The position numbers and the translations under genes were made by a program. From positions 15,984-79,983 of the forward strand of contig JAJPIA010000011.1 of the NCBI GenBank assembly GCA_021324975.1: a DNA stretch of 64,000 bases, given 5' to 3'. Origin of the DNA: Bacillota bacterium. Its GTDB lineage: Bacteria; Sysuimicrobiota; Sysuimicrobiia; Sysuimicrobiales; Segetimicrobiaceae. Positions 41,013 to 50,094 of the stretch are shown in pieces; the first letter of the stretch is position 1; every line of letters starts with the position of its first letter. A model generated the notes under the pieces. The model was not told the origin of the DNA. It did no database searches and was given only the letters and a program-made list of their open reading frames with translations.

Positions 41013-41250
41013 AGCGCGTGGCGCTGGCCCTTACTACCGAAGGTTCCCACGCAAGTCTTGCGAGCACCCGCCTCTCTTCAGGTCCGCTTTCTCGCACGTA
41101 TCACATTTGATGCTGAGGCGAGCCGCAAGGTCTGACAATGGACAACCAGTTTCGGACAAATGCGAGCGGCGCTCCCAAAACGACAAATCACGCCGCCGCT
41201 CGCGCCGACCCGCACATCTGTTCTATTGTCAAGGTGCGAGGGCTACTAGC
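41013..41250 (-). promoter_or_regulatory. CRISPR leader (AT-richer 238-bp segment between cas2 and the first repeat)
   Basis: Position between the cas2 stop and the proximal perfect repeat; lower GC than flanks; the degenerate repeat lies at the opposite end. Confidence 0.55.
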
Positions 41251-41553
41251 CTACACAACTCTGTATCGCTTGGCCACGGGAACAACAGCGCTGCCCAACG
41301 CGTGTATCCTGCGCAGCGCGCGACCGTGTGCTATGCCGAGATCGATGATATGCACGCTGTCTTCCGGAAGCTTTACCACCTTGATCAGCGCCTCCTGCAT
41401 CAGTACCTGTTCGGCGGACGACAGGTTGCAGACAAAGACTGAGTATTGCAGGGGATCGCCGTAACCCAGCATGGTTTCGTGCGTTTTCCGCAATCTCTTC
41501 GGCTCACGAACGTCGTAGCAAACGACGAATCGACGGCGTTGAGTCTCGCTCAT
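41251..41553 (-). CDS. cas2: CRISPR-associated endoribonuclease Cas2
   Basis: 100 aa, FVVCYDV...LQYSVFVC Cas2 motifs; ATGA overlap with cas4-cas1. Confidence 0.9.
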   Translation of the reverse strand: MSETQRRRFVVCYDVREPKRLRKTHETMLGYGDPLQYSVFVCNLSSAEQVLMQEALIKVVKLPEDSVHIIDLGIAHGRALRRIHALGSAVVPVAKRYRVV

Positions 41554-43250
41554 CGCGTGACGAAGGGCTTGTAGTCTGTCAGTTCTCCGACGACCGTTCT
41601 TGCCATCAAGCGCGCCTGGACCTCGAGAATCCGGCGGTAGCTGATAGAATAGCCGAATAAGGGATGCGTGATGAGTGTCTCCATCCTTTCCTCATACGCC
41701 TCCACGACGCGTCGCCGGGCCGGGTCCTTGATCGCGCAGGCCGACCCGCGCTGGACGAAATCGTCCTTGTGAACCATCTGATTGTTGATCAACGTAAGGA
41801 CAGTCGAATCACCGACGATCGGTCGGAATTCCTCTGCAAGGTCCAGACCGAGCGATGGGCGTCCGTAGTGTACCTGGTGGAAGAAGCCGATGTATGGGTC
41901 AAGACCGACGGCGATCAGCGAAGCAACGCAGTCTTTGAGAAGTAGAGCGTAAAGAAACGAAAGCAGCGCGTTGACAGGATCCCGCGGGGGACGGCGATTA
42001 CGCTCCCGAAAATCAAAGGCGAGTTCCGGGCGCAGCATGCCCGCAAACTCGGAGAAGTAAACGCGTGCCGCGGTGCCTTCGACGCCGAGGAGCGTTTGAA
42101 TCGAGTCGACGCCGTGGGCGCCGCCGCTTAAGCGTCCCAACTCGATCACCGCCGCCCGCGGCGAACCACGGTGATTCCGCCGTAAGAGCGTTCGCTGGTT
42201 TCGGATCTTGCCCCATACGAACGCCCGGGCCATGGACAGCGATCGCCGCGGATCCACAGCGACGCGGTATTGGGAGACTCGAAGCAGAACATTTCGCTGT
42301 TCGGGCGCGGTGGTTATCGCGGCGAGCCAGCCGCCGTAGGTAAAGTGCAGGAGCGGCGCTCCTCGCGCCACCACTCCGCGAATTGCCTGGGCGCTCACTT
42401 GGACATTGCCGGCAACGGCGACGTGAGAGACGTCGATCAGTCGCGCATGGGCCTCCGAGCCGTCGGGAGTGCGGACGACGAGCCGCTCGCCTTGCTTGCC
42501 GACCGTCGCACCTTGAGTGAGGACATAAAGTGGTCCCGCGTCTTCCCGCGCCGGCATGAGCCGGCGAACCTCCTCGGCCCTCACCCCACTCAAGAGGTTC
42601 GTTTCGTCGGGAAGGCAAATGCCGACGAGCGAGCAGCGCGGACATTTCGGGCTGTCTACGAGCGGGGGAGGTGGAATCGGTCGGGCGGCGGCTTCTCGAA
42701 GCCTCCGCACGGCCTCAAGCGACTTGGTGACCAGCGTTTCATCGAACTGCACGGCGAAGCGCTGTTTGGTGGCCGCATAGTAGATGCAGCCGTCATCACA
42801 AGCGTAGCCGTTCTCCCTTAGAATAAGCGCCTGCACACACAGTTGCACAAGGTCCGGTTCCCACGGGCCCTCGCGTCCCGGCGCACCTTTCTTGTAGTCC
42901 ACGGGCCGCACCCGGCCGCCGTCTCCCTCCAGGAGATCGATGCGCGCGATCAATCCAAGATTGGGAGCCGACAGCAGTACGCCTCGGGCTGCAATCCGAT
43001 CCTCCGGCTCCAACTCCGCCGCTTCGGGAAGCGGCCCGCCCTGCCGATCCACCCGCCGGTGAACAGCGGCGCCTTCGAGCGTGTCAACGCTGTGCGTGAA
43101 CTCTCTTTGAACCCATTCGAGATAGAACAGACGAGGGCAATAGACGAACTCGTTCACCATGCGGGCGGGAACCAGATCCCGCGCCGGAGCCGGTTCAGGC
43201 GTCTCGTCCGCGCCTTGACCCGAGCGAACACTCATGGCCTCATGGCGCAC
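41550..43250 (-). CDS. cas4-cas1: Cas4-Cas1 fusion protein (RecB-like nuclease domain with Fe-S cysteines + Cas1 integrase)
   Basis: N-terminal Cas4 (VYCPRLFYLEW; C-x-x-C...C cluster KCPRCSLVGIC), C-terminal Cas1 (NALLSFLYALL, GLDPYIGFFH). The fusion is a hallmark of type I-G/I-U. Confidence 0.9.
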   Translation of the reverse strand: MRHEAMSVRSGQGADETPEPAPARDLVPARMVNEFVYCPRLFYLEWVQREFTHSVDTLEGAAVHRRVDRQGGPLPEAAELEPEDRIAARGVLLSAPNLGLIARIDLLEGDGGRVRPVDYKKGAPGREGPWEPDLVQLCVQALILRENGYACDDGCIYYAATKQRFAVQFDETLVTKSLEAVRRLREAAARPIPPPPLVDSPKCPRCSLVGICLPDETNLLSGVRAEEVRRLMPAREDAGPLYVLTQGATVGKQGERLVVRTPDGSEAHARLIDVSHVAVAGNVQVSAQAIRGVVARGAPLLHFTYGGWLAAITTAPEQRNVLLRVSQYRVAVDPRRSLSMARAFVWGKIRNQRTLLRRNHRGSPRAAVIELGRLSGGAHGVDSIQTLLGVEGTAARVYFSEFAGMLRPELAFDFRERNRRPPRDPVNALLSFLYALLLKDCVASLIAVGLDPYIGFFHQVHYGRPSLGLDLAEEFRPIVGDSTVLTLINNQMVHKDDFVQRGSACAIKDPARRRVVEAYEERMETLITHPLFGYSISYRRILEVQARLMARTVVGELTDYKPFVTR

Positions 43251-43295
43251 TGGGACTACGCCGATGCGGCGTATTCACGCTGACGGCCCTCCGGT

Positions 43296-43703
43296 TCATG
43301 GGCCCGTCTCTTCGGGCAGGCGCGCGAAAATCGCCTCACAGACCCGACGGGCAATCGCCAGTGCCTGGCAGGCTTCCTCTAGCGTCGGCGCGGCCGGCAT
43401 CCCAGGATAGCGAAATCGCCAGGCGTAGGGGGTCAGATCCGCCGCCGGCCCCACCAAGTCGGTCATCGACGGATCGTGCGCGACCACCGCACGTCCCAGT
43501 TCATCCAGATCGTGAGTCTTCCGAAACGGCTCCTCATGCGCGCTGAGAAAGGCCTTCATCGCCTTCTCGGCCGCCTGCTGGCAGTGGAAGACCGCACCGC
43601 GCACGAGGGGCGGCGTCGCCGCAAGATCATGTTCCGCTTCGCGGAGGTCCTCCGCGGCTCGCTGCAGCCATTCCCGCACCTCGGCGAACAGCTCAGGCTG
43701 CAT
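43296..43703 (-). CDS. HEPN domain protein (putative RNase toxin of a HEPN/MNT pair)
   Basis: Rx4H motif in RGAVFHCQQAAEKAMKAFL matching the HEPN (pfam05168) consensus; 135 aa; overlaps the upstream MNT stop by 11 nt. Confidence 0.7.
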   Translation of the reverse strand: MQPELFAEVREWLQRAAEDLREAEHDLAATPPLVRGAVFHCQQAAEKAMKAFLSAHEEPFRKTHDLDELGRAVVAHDPSMTDLVGPAADLTPYAWRFRYPGMPAAPTLEEACQALAIARRVCEAIFARLPEETGP

Positions 43704-44025
43704 AGAGCAACCTGCCCTCCCGAAGCACCGTTGCCGGAAGGGAGCATACTACACGCGACCGTGAGTCGAATTCGTCGCGCGTCCAGACGAGAACGTCTTT
43801 GGCAACCCCGACACCCCTGAGCGCCCGGTAAGCCTGCTGATCACGGCGGTGGCCGGGCAGGTCAGATTCACGAACAATGACAAGGAGATCGTAGTCGCTG
43901 TCGGGCCCGGCCTCCCCGCGAGCGCGCGACCCGAATAGGTAGATTTGCTCGGGATGCAGTCTCGCGACGAGCCGCCGCACGATCTCGGCGAGTTTCGCAT
44001 CCTGCTCGAGGATCGGATCGCTCAT
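43693..44025 (-). CDS. Minimal nucleotidyltransferase (MNT, MntA-like antitoxin)
   Basis: LFGSRARGEAGPDSDYDLLVIV GS-x9-DxD pol-beta NTase motif. 110 aa starting at MSDPILEQ, which is the C-terminal part of ORF 43693..44304. Confidence 0.75.
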   Translation of the reverse strand: MSDPILEQDAKLAEIVRRLVARLHPEQIYLFGSRARGEAGPDSDYDLLVIVRESDLPGHRRDQQAYRALRGVGVAKDVLVWTRDEFDSRSRVVCSLPATVLREGRLLYAA

Positions 44026-44470
44026 ACAGGTTCGAGTTTCGGGGCCCCATTCTCTAACAACTGGTCCGCTTCCGTAAGCGTCGCGTGCCCGCGATCCAGG
44101 CGGTGTCGGGCGAGCGCCACAAGATCCGGATTCATAGAAGTACAGCTTCGTGGACGAGTGTCTGCACGAACCTGGTACATGTCCAGACAGGATCGTGAAG
44201 CACCGACTCTGCAAACACCCGCGGGGAGATGTAGACTTGATGGGTCGTTGGCACCGAGGGCGATATCGAGCACGCAATCCTCGACTCCGGTATCGGCTTC
44301 GCACACGAGTACCAAGACGCGATATCTGACTCGCCTGTATCGCGGCCGCTGGCCCTGGACCCGAAGAGTTTGAGCGTCACCACACTGTCACCCACCGCCG
44401 CCCGCACCTTCGGCACGAACTCATCGACGGCCGCCCGATCGTGAAGCGCAAGCACAGCGCGTGGCGTCAT
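44022..44470 (-). pseudogene. Second MNT-type nucleotidyltransferase, apparently frameshifted/degenerate
   Basis: N-terminal LFGSRASGRDTGESDI in ORF 44132..44470; the downstream hydrophobic continuation (VLVLVCEADTG...) is in the frame of ORF 44022..44315. The second Asp of DxD is lost in either frame. Confidence 0.4.
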
Positions 44471-44551
44471 GCCGTTCCGTCGCCGGTCACAGAGCGCTTA
44501 TCCAGCCGTGGTGACAATCGAGCACAAGCCGCAAAGATTTCTTCACGGCGG

Positions 44552-45700
44552 TCAGACAGCGCCCGCCGGGCTAAAGTTGATCTTAAAGTTGGCACCTTCG
44601 CCGATCTTGATGCGGCGCGCCCGGAAAAGCGCTTCTAAGCCGCGCGAGCGCACCACCGCACGGTCGGGCGCCGGGGAGAACAGTTCCGGCATTTGCAGCA
44701 ACGAACGGATCCCGTCCAGCGTCAACGGCTTGTCCCATATCGGCCATGTGAATACAGACTCCTCGCCGACTTCTCCCCAAGCAGTAGTGAGTAACTTCCC
44801 GCGGGCCGGGGCGGACGAGAATAGCACGAGTGCGCGATAGGCAAGGAGATTTGCCATCCATTGAGTATGCGCACCTATCGGCCCGGGATCACGATCCATC
44901 AGCGCGTATTGGTGTGCCTCGACCGGATCCCACCGAAGTGACAACCCTTCATCTTCATATCCCCATGGTTCAAAGAGCGTCCGCCTCAGGCGATCCGCGG
45001 CGACTTGCTGCATCAACTGTCGCACGGTATCCAAGAAGTACTGATGGCCTGATCCTCTGATGAAGCAGAACGGCGTCGGTACGACTCTGCCGTTCTTTTC
45101 GACGCTCGCGTCGCTCGCAAACGCGGCCAACAGGTCAACCGTCTCGCGGCGGTACACGCTAGAGCTGGTCAGCAGGCTGCGAGCGTGATCACGATATTCA
45201 TCTGGCGTGCAGTCGACGGATTTGCCCAGGGCTAGTTCCGGGCGTGCGACGGCATCCGCCAGTGCCGCCCGCCACGCATCGCGCAGGCGCTCTACCTCCA
45301 GCGACAAGACCGGCAGTTCTCGGTCCATCGCTGCCCGTCGCTCCATTCCTGAAAAGCGTTTGCGAATTTCCTTCCTCTTCTTAGCCAGTTGCTGCTTGGC
45401 CGCGTTGAATGCCTTTTCGGCACTCTTACGCCTCGCTTCCGACTCCGACGATATGGGCCGTCCACGGAGTTCTTCTGACAACACGTTGATCAGCGCATCC
45501 GAATTAGCGAACGGGACGTCCGTGAGCACGGCGATCCAGTCGAACTGTCGCCGCCATGCCAGACGAATCTGCACGTGGCCGCCGCGGTGGAGCGTCACCG
45601 CGGTGCCGAGCGCAGCGAGGAAACCCAACGGATTGCTCCCGGCAAAGCCCGGCAGTTCCACGATGCGCGAGTCTTGTCTCGTTGACGTCTCGCGCATCAT
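44552..45700 (-). CDS. Cas8u/Csx17-like large-subunit candidate of type I-G (short, 382 aa)
   Basis: Position after cas3 with ATGA coupling. N-terminal PLGFLAALG motif reminiscent of Cas8c/Cas8u2 N-termini. No other domain recognisable, so the assignment is by context. Confidence 0.5.
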   Translation of the reverse strand: MMRETSTRQDSRIVELPGFAGSNPLGFLAALGTAVTLHRGGHVQIRLAWRRQFDWIAVLTDVPFANSDALINVLSEELRGRPISSESEARRKSAEKAFNAAKQQLAKKRKEIRKRFSGMERRAAMDRELPVLSLEVERLRDAWRAALADAVARPELALGKSVDCTPDEYRDHARSLLTSSSVYRRETVDLLAAFASDASVEKNGRVVPTPFCFIRGSGHQYFLDTVRQLMQQVAADRLRRTLFEPWGYEDEGLSLRWDPVEAHQYALMDRDPGPIGAHTQWMANLLAYRALVLFSSAPARGKLLTTAWGEVGEESVFTWPIWDKPLTLDGIRSLLQMPELFSPAPDRAVVRSRGLEALFRARRIKIGEGANFKINFSPAGAV

Positions 45701-48700
45701 GGGGCGGCCTCAGTCACCACGTTCGCGGATTCTGTCAGCCGACTGGCATACCAGTCGCTGAGACGGAGCACCGCAGCCAAGTAGGCTTCACCCCACCACC
45801 CGTGGCGACGCACACTTGCCCAAAAGCGTTCGACCACGCCTGAGTCGATCCTATGGGCGTGCGAGAGTCCCGCCCGGGCAGCCGCGGTCAATTGCACCGA
45901 TACGTCGCCCAGGCGCCCTGCGATACCTGGAGGCGATGCGTCTTCCACGATCGGTGCGAAGGGCCGACCGTAGCCGTGGTGGCTTGCTATGAGATGAAGG
46001 ATCAAGTCCCGCACTTCTCGATCCTCGAACGCGAGCTGTTGTTCAGCCAGCTGCATGGACAACATCTCGTGCCTGAATCCATCAGGCAGCCCGGCCGCGC
46101 AACGAACTGTTCGGCGCTCTCCGGGAAGCACCGGCACATTTGCCGACTTGGCTATCGGTTTCTCAGACAGGACGGCCAGCACGTTCCCCCGCCGCAACAA
46201 CATCTGAAAGCGTTCGTCCAGCTTTCCGGCATCATGCCAGTGGCCGGCTAGTTCCACCGCGTCGCCTATGTCGGATGGGAGACATAGTTCGGCGATGCGT
46301 TCTACTGTACGTTGGACGAGCCTCGTATGCTCGTCGAGCGACACGTCCCGGGCGCCGGATGAAGTCAGATCGTCGTCGTCCGCGAACAAGTCGATTTCGT
46401 CGTCTTCGGGCACGGTCCGCGCGCGTCGGCCCATGAGCACCACGCCGCCACCCGGGTGCCGTTCGATACGCCCCGTGCGCGCCTCGCGAAGGAGAGTGAG
46501 CCACCACTTCGGTGGCGCGGGAGGGTCGTCCGGCGCCGTCGGCCGGTAGCCCAACGCGGCATCGACGGCATCGTTCAACGCCCCTCGATCGAGTACGGGA
46601 TCCTCGGCGGTTTCCATGACGACCGCCAAAGGAGGACACGTCAGCCACGGACCCAGCACGCGGCGATTCAACCGAACGACTGCGCGGCCCCTCTCGAACA
46701 CGGCAGGTTCCCACAGATCCACCAGAGACTCGCCCACAGCCATATGAGGCTCAGACTGGCCAAGGCCGTCAATGCCGTAGTCCGCGGGGATAACAACAAC
46801 GTCACCCGGCCCCACCAGCGTCGGGTCTCGAACGACTGTAGACGTGTCGCGCCCACGCCAGATCACAAAACGGCGATTCTGGGTCGCCGCAACGCGCTCT
46901 GCGATTGCCCCTACGCCCTCCACATCACCCGAGTCGTCGGGTCCGCCGCCGGGAATCGCGAGCCATGCACGAAGACGGTACAGAGGCACCGACAGCGTCT
47001 CGGCGGCCGATGGCGGACAAAGCGCCACGCTCTCGAGCCAGCTAGCGTCGGAATCGGCGACCGAAAGATCGCACCGCCACACGACCTGCGCTTCCGCCAC
47101 CCACGACCCGATGCCGTGGAGGAACAGATGCACATCGGGTTCCGGATACGGTGAGGCTGATGTCTGGCACAACAAATCGAGATGCGCCGGCAGCAGTATC
47201 GGAGCATCCGGGGCCGGGGCGCAATACGGCAATACGTCGTCCACATCACGGAGCGTGGAATGCAGCGCCCGCACTCCGAAATCGATCGAGACTTCCTTGC
47301 CGGCACGGGCTGCTTTCTCGCTCAACAGCCGCCACGTTGCTGCTACAGCGTCCCCATAAATTGGATCGGGATCCTCACCCCTGGCATCGAGATCGCGAAT
47401 CAGTATGGTCGCGGGCGTGACCGATATCCCTCCCATGCGGTTGAGCCGGCCGAAGCGCTGGCGAAGCGCGTCCAGACTTGCCGCCTCGGTGACAAGGGCG
47501 TCAAAACTGAAGTCCGCACCGACTTCGAGGCATTGCGTGGCAACGACAACGACAGGACGATGCGGCTCCTCAGGATCTGCCGCCCTCAAGCACGCCTGCC
47601 AGCGGTGCACCAACGCATCGCGTTCCAGGGGCCGCAAACGACCGGTGAGCAGCACGACATCGAAGAGTTCATTGGCGGCCTCTCGCAACGCCCGTGCCGT
47701 TTCTTCGGCGGTACGGACTCGATTCACCATCACGGCGACACGGCGGGCACCGCCGACTACGTACGATTGGGCCTCGGATGCGGCTCGCTTGGCCAGAGCA
47801 TCGGCCCCCTGATCGGCTGCGGTGCGTACTTCGACCAACACAGCGGGCTTGGACGCCGCCAACCGGCTGCGGAGCACCGGATGGTCCAGTGCCTTCGTCT
47901 CGGCACGTCCGGGGAACACGTCACGGCGGTCGACGTCATCACCGGGGGGCGTAGCGGACATGACTGTAAAGGCGAACGGTGAAGGCAACGGATGCGTCGC
48001 CCAGGCCGCACCGCGATAGAACTCGATGCTGCGCATCGTCTGCAAGAATGGGACCGAACAATGCGCCTCATCCAGGATGATCAGACTGTCGTTTGCCGCC
48101 AACCCTGCGTAGATCGGCGCCGCGAGCCGACCGGATCCGTATGCACGAAATAGGATGCGAGACCCTACCTGGTCGACCGTTGAGGTAATCACCGCCGGCT
48201 GGGACGGAACACGGGCCCACCCGTCGTCGCGCAATATTCCACCTCGCAAGCGCCCAACCGCCAACGGACGATCGGTTCCCGCAACGCGCCTGAGGGCGTC
48301 CGCTACTCTGCGCAGCGGTCCCGTAGCGGCGGATCGCAGCCTGCTTGCTATGAGAACGGCACGCTGGTGGGCTTCATCGACGACGATCCGGCGATCGACA
48401 ACAAACCAAATCCGACGCGGCGCGCTCCGCTCGCCGGTGGTTCGCTCAGCCTGTGCCGCAAGGGCATACAGTGCGATGTCGACGCACGCCGTCTTACCGG
48501 CCGCTGTTGGAAGCTCGATGACTTTGGGCCACGTGGCGGCGGCCACGCGGTCTGCGAGCATGGACTGCCAGGGAAACGGCTCGCGGCCCCATAATGCATG
48601 GAAGAACTCGTCGAATGAGCCGGCCGTCACGAACGGGTCTCCTGCCGGCGACTCAACGGACGACAGAAGCCGTATCCGCAAAATCGGCCGGCGCCGATAC

Positions 48701-48714
48701 TGATCGGCCCACAC
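45697..48714 (-). CDS. cas3: CRISPR-associated helicase/nuclease Cas3 with C-terminal HD domain
   Basis: Walker A LPTAAGKT, DEAH box IILDEAH, helicase C motifs. C-terminal HD nuclease (LDEHTRLV, GHWHDAGKLD, IASHHG); the helicase-then-HD order is typical of I-G. The N-terminal 29 codons overlap csb2 and the true start may be internal. Confidence 0.9.
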   Translation of the reverse strand: MWADQYRRRPILRIRLLSSVESPAGDPFVTAGSFDEFFHALWGREPFPWQSMLADRVAAATWPKVIELPTAAGKTACVDIALYALAAQAERTTGERSAPRRIWFVVDRRIVVDEAHQRAVLIASRLRSAATGPLRRVADALRRVAGTDRPLAVGRLRGGILRDDGWARVPSQPAVITSTVDQVGSRILFRAYGSGRLAAPIYAGLAANDSLIILDEAHCSVPFLQTMRSIEFYRGAAWATHPLPSPFAFTVMSATPPGDDVDRRDVFPGRAETKALDHPVLRSRLAASKPAVLVEVRTAADQGADALAKRAASEAQSYVVGGARRVAVMVNRVRTAEETARALREAANELFDVVLLTGRLRPLERDALVHRWQACLRAADPEEPHRPVVVVATQCLEVGADFSFDALVTEAASLDALRQRFGRLNRMGGISVTPATILIRDLDARGEDPDPIYGDAVAATWRLLSEKAARAGKEVSIDFGVRALHSTLRDVDDVLPYCAPAPDAPILLPAHLDLLCQTSASPYPEPDVHLFLHGIGSWVAEAQVVWRCDLSVADSDASWLESVALCPPSAAETLSVPLYRLRAWLAIPGGGPDDSGDVEGVGAIAERVAATQNRRFVIWRGRDTSTVVRDPTLVGPGDVVVIPADYGIDGLGQSEPHMAVGESLVDLWEPAVFERGRAVVRLNRRVLGPWLTCPPLAVVMETAEDPVLDRGALNDAVDAALGYRPTAPDDPPAPPKWWLTLLREARTGRIERHPGGGVVLMGRRARTVPEDDEIDLFADDDDLTSSGARDVSLDEHTRLVQRTVERIAELCLPSDIGDAVELAGHWHDAGKLDERFQMLLRRGNVLAVLSEKPIAKSANVPVLPGERRTVRCAAGLPDGFRHEMLSMQLAEQQLAFEDREVRDLILHLIASHHGYGRPFAPIVEDASPPGIAGRLGDVSVQLTAAARAGLSHAHRIDSGVVERFWASVRRHGWWGEAYLAAVLRLSDWYASRLTESANVVTEAAP

Positions 48715-50090
48715 ACGGGCCGGCCGAATTCGAGCATCGCGTGCGTGTGCCGACGTTCGCCGCCGTCCTTCCGGCGCAGGCGCGGGAACGCAAACGACGG
48801 CGGCGCGCCGGCGTGACGTGACACGGAAGTCACGGCAACGTTGCGAGGTTCAGGCAGGCCGATCCGGACGCACGCCGTCGCTATCATATCCGCAACTTCC
48901 ATCTGGTACCGGGCCCGGTCGGACGACTTAGGATGCCGGTCGAACACAACGGGTGTAACCGTTGCCCAGTGGGTCGCGCCGTCCGGATACGCTGTCCAAG
49001 CCTCCGCCCGCAGGTTCCACGCAAGGGAGCCCGTCTGGGGCGGCACAACAGACCAAACGCCGAGCGGGCCCAAAAGAAGCTGGCGCACACGCGCGATCGC
49101 CTGAAGAGCGACGCGGCGCTCGTCGAGAGAAACGGAGGACGGCAGCGTCAACGCCATGCCGAGAATTCTGCCGTCCGCATGTGGATGCCCCACGAACGCC
49201 AGCGGCAAAAGGGCCAAGTGCGGATCCGGAAGAGAACCCCCGTCGGCCCGGTGACCGGATAAGAGGCTTCGAATGCGCTCCGGAAGACCATTCGTTTGCG
49301 AAATGACCGCCTCACGCATGCGCTCGGCGACAGAGAAGACGGCGCACAGATCCAGAAAGGGATACGGGCCTTCCTCGCGCTCGAATGCCACGATGAGTGG
49401 ATAAAGCTCGAACGCGCTGCCCTGCGCCGAGACCGTTGCGGCCCCCCTCGTAGGACCAGCATAGGGCGCGTACGTCGGAATCCGCGGGCGCGTTCGGCGA
49501 GCATATCGTCGTTCCAACTCTTCCAGCAGCCCAGCGCCGGCGACGCGCATCTGCAACGTCCCGTTTCGCCCGTCCGGCACCCAGTCCGGCGTGCGCGGCG
49601 CGTCTGACGCCACCCACATCTGCACCATCGACGTCGAGTGCCCGACCCGCGTCACTTTCGCGCAGAGGCCTTCGAGGGCCCGGCGCACCGCCACAGTGGG
49701 CTCCGCCGAAGGCCATGAGTAGTAAACAGTGTCGTCCTCCAGCCAAGCGCGGGCGAATGACCTCGGTTGTCGGTCGCGCGCGAGCTGAGGCGCGGACTGA
49801 ATGGTCGCAGTTGGAGGTTTCCCGGCATCGCCTGGCTTGTCGTTCACCGGCACGTATTGGGTAACCATCGCCCGCTCGCTATGGCCGGCGGCGTTGATCT
49901 GCGGCGCTTCGAGGCGCTCCAACCACAAGAGCGCGTCGCGCTCAGCCTGGTCCGCGCCTGTTTCGAAGTGGGCGGCTGCAAGCGCCATATAGACCCTGCC
50001 CGGATGCGGCGGCCACTCAACACGCCGTGCGTGTCCGGCAGCATCAGCCGCGACGAAACCGTTCAGATACCGAATCCCAAAGACGAGCAT
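48627..50090 (-). CDS. Csb2-type Cas5-Cas6 fusion protein (type I-G crRNA-processing subunit)
   Basis: N-terminal MLVFGIRYLNGFVAA (RYLxG motif of the Csb2/GSU0054 family) and C-terminal glycine-rich loop GAGRFCGYGF typical of Cas6-like RAMPs. Confidence 0.75.
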   Translation of the reverse strand: MLVFGIRYLNGFVAADAAGHARRVEWPPHPGRVYMALAAAHFETGADQAERDALLWLERLEAPQINAAGHSERAMVTQYVPVNDKPGDAGKPPTATIQSAPQLARDRQPRSFARAWLEDDTVYYSWPSAEPTVAVRRALEGLCAKVTRVGHSTSMVQMWVASDAPRTPDWVPDGRNGTLQMRVAGAGLLEELERRYARRTRPRIPTYAPYAGPTRGAATVSAQGSAFELYPLIVAFEREEGPYPFLDLCAVFSVAERMREAVISQTNGLPERIRSLLSGHRADGGSLPDPHLALLPLAFVGHPHADGRILGMALTLPSSVSLDERRVALQAIARVRQLLLGPLGVWSVVPPQTGSLAWNLRAEAWTAYPDGATHWATVTPVVFDRHPKSSDRARYQMEVADMIATACVRIGLPEPRNVAVTSVSRHAGAPPSFAFPRLRRKDGGERRHTHAMLEFGRPVCGPISIGAGRFCGYGFCRPLSRRQETRS

Positions 50091-50094
50091 CTTC

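Noticed and set aside
39156-41135. ORF-track entries inside the CRISPR array on both strands (39156..39377, 39374..39568, 39755..39943, 39780..39962, 39800..40033, 40020..40322, 40294..40629, 40407..40613, 40839..41135), all containing MRPPSFNGGN / FNEAAVFQRRK / FPPLKDGGLIEA
   Set aside because: These peptides are translations of the 36-bp repeat in different frames, which explains why the motif recurs every 71-74 nt. They are not genes.
44022-44315. ORF 44022..44315 as an independent HEPN-like gene (HRLDRGHATL)
   Set aside because: The motif is weak, and the frame is better explained as the shifted continuation of the degenerate MNT gene at 44132..44470. It is kept only as part of the pseudogene call.
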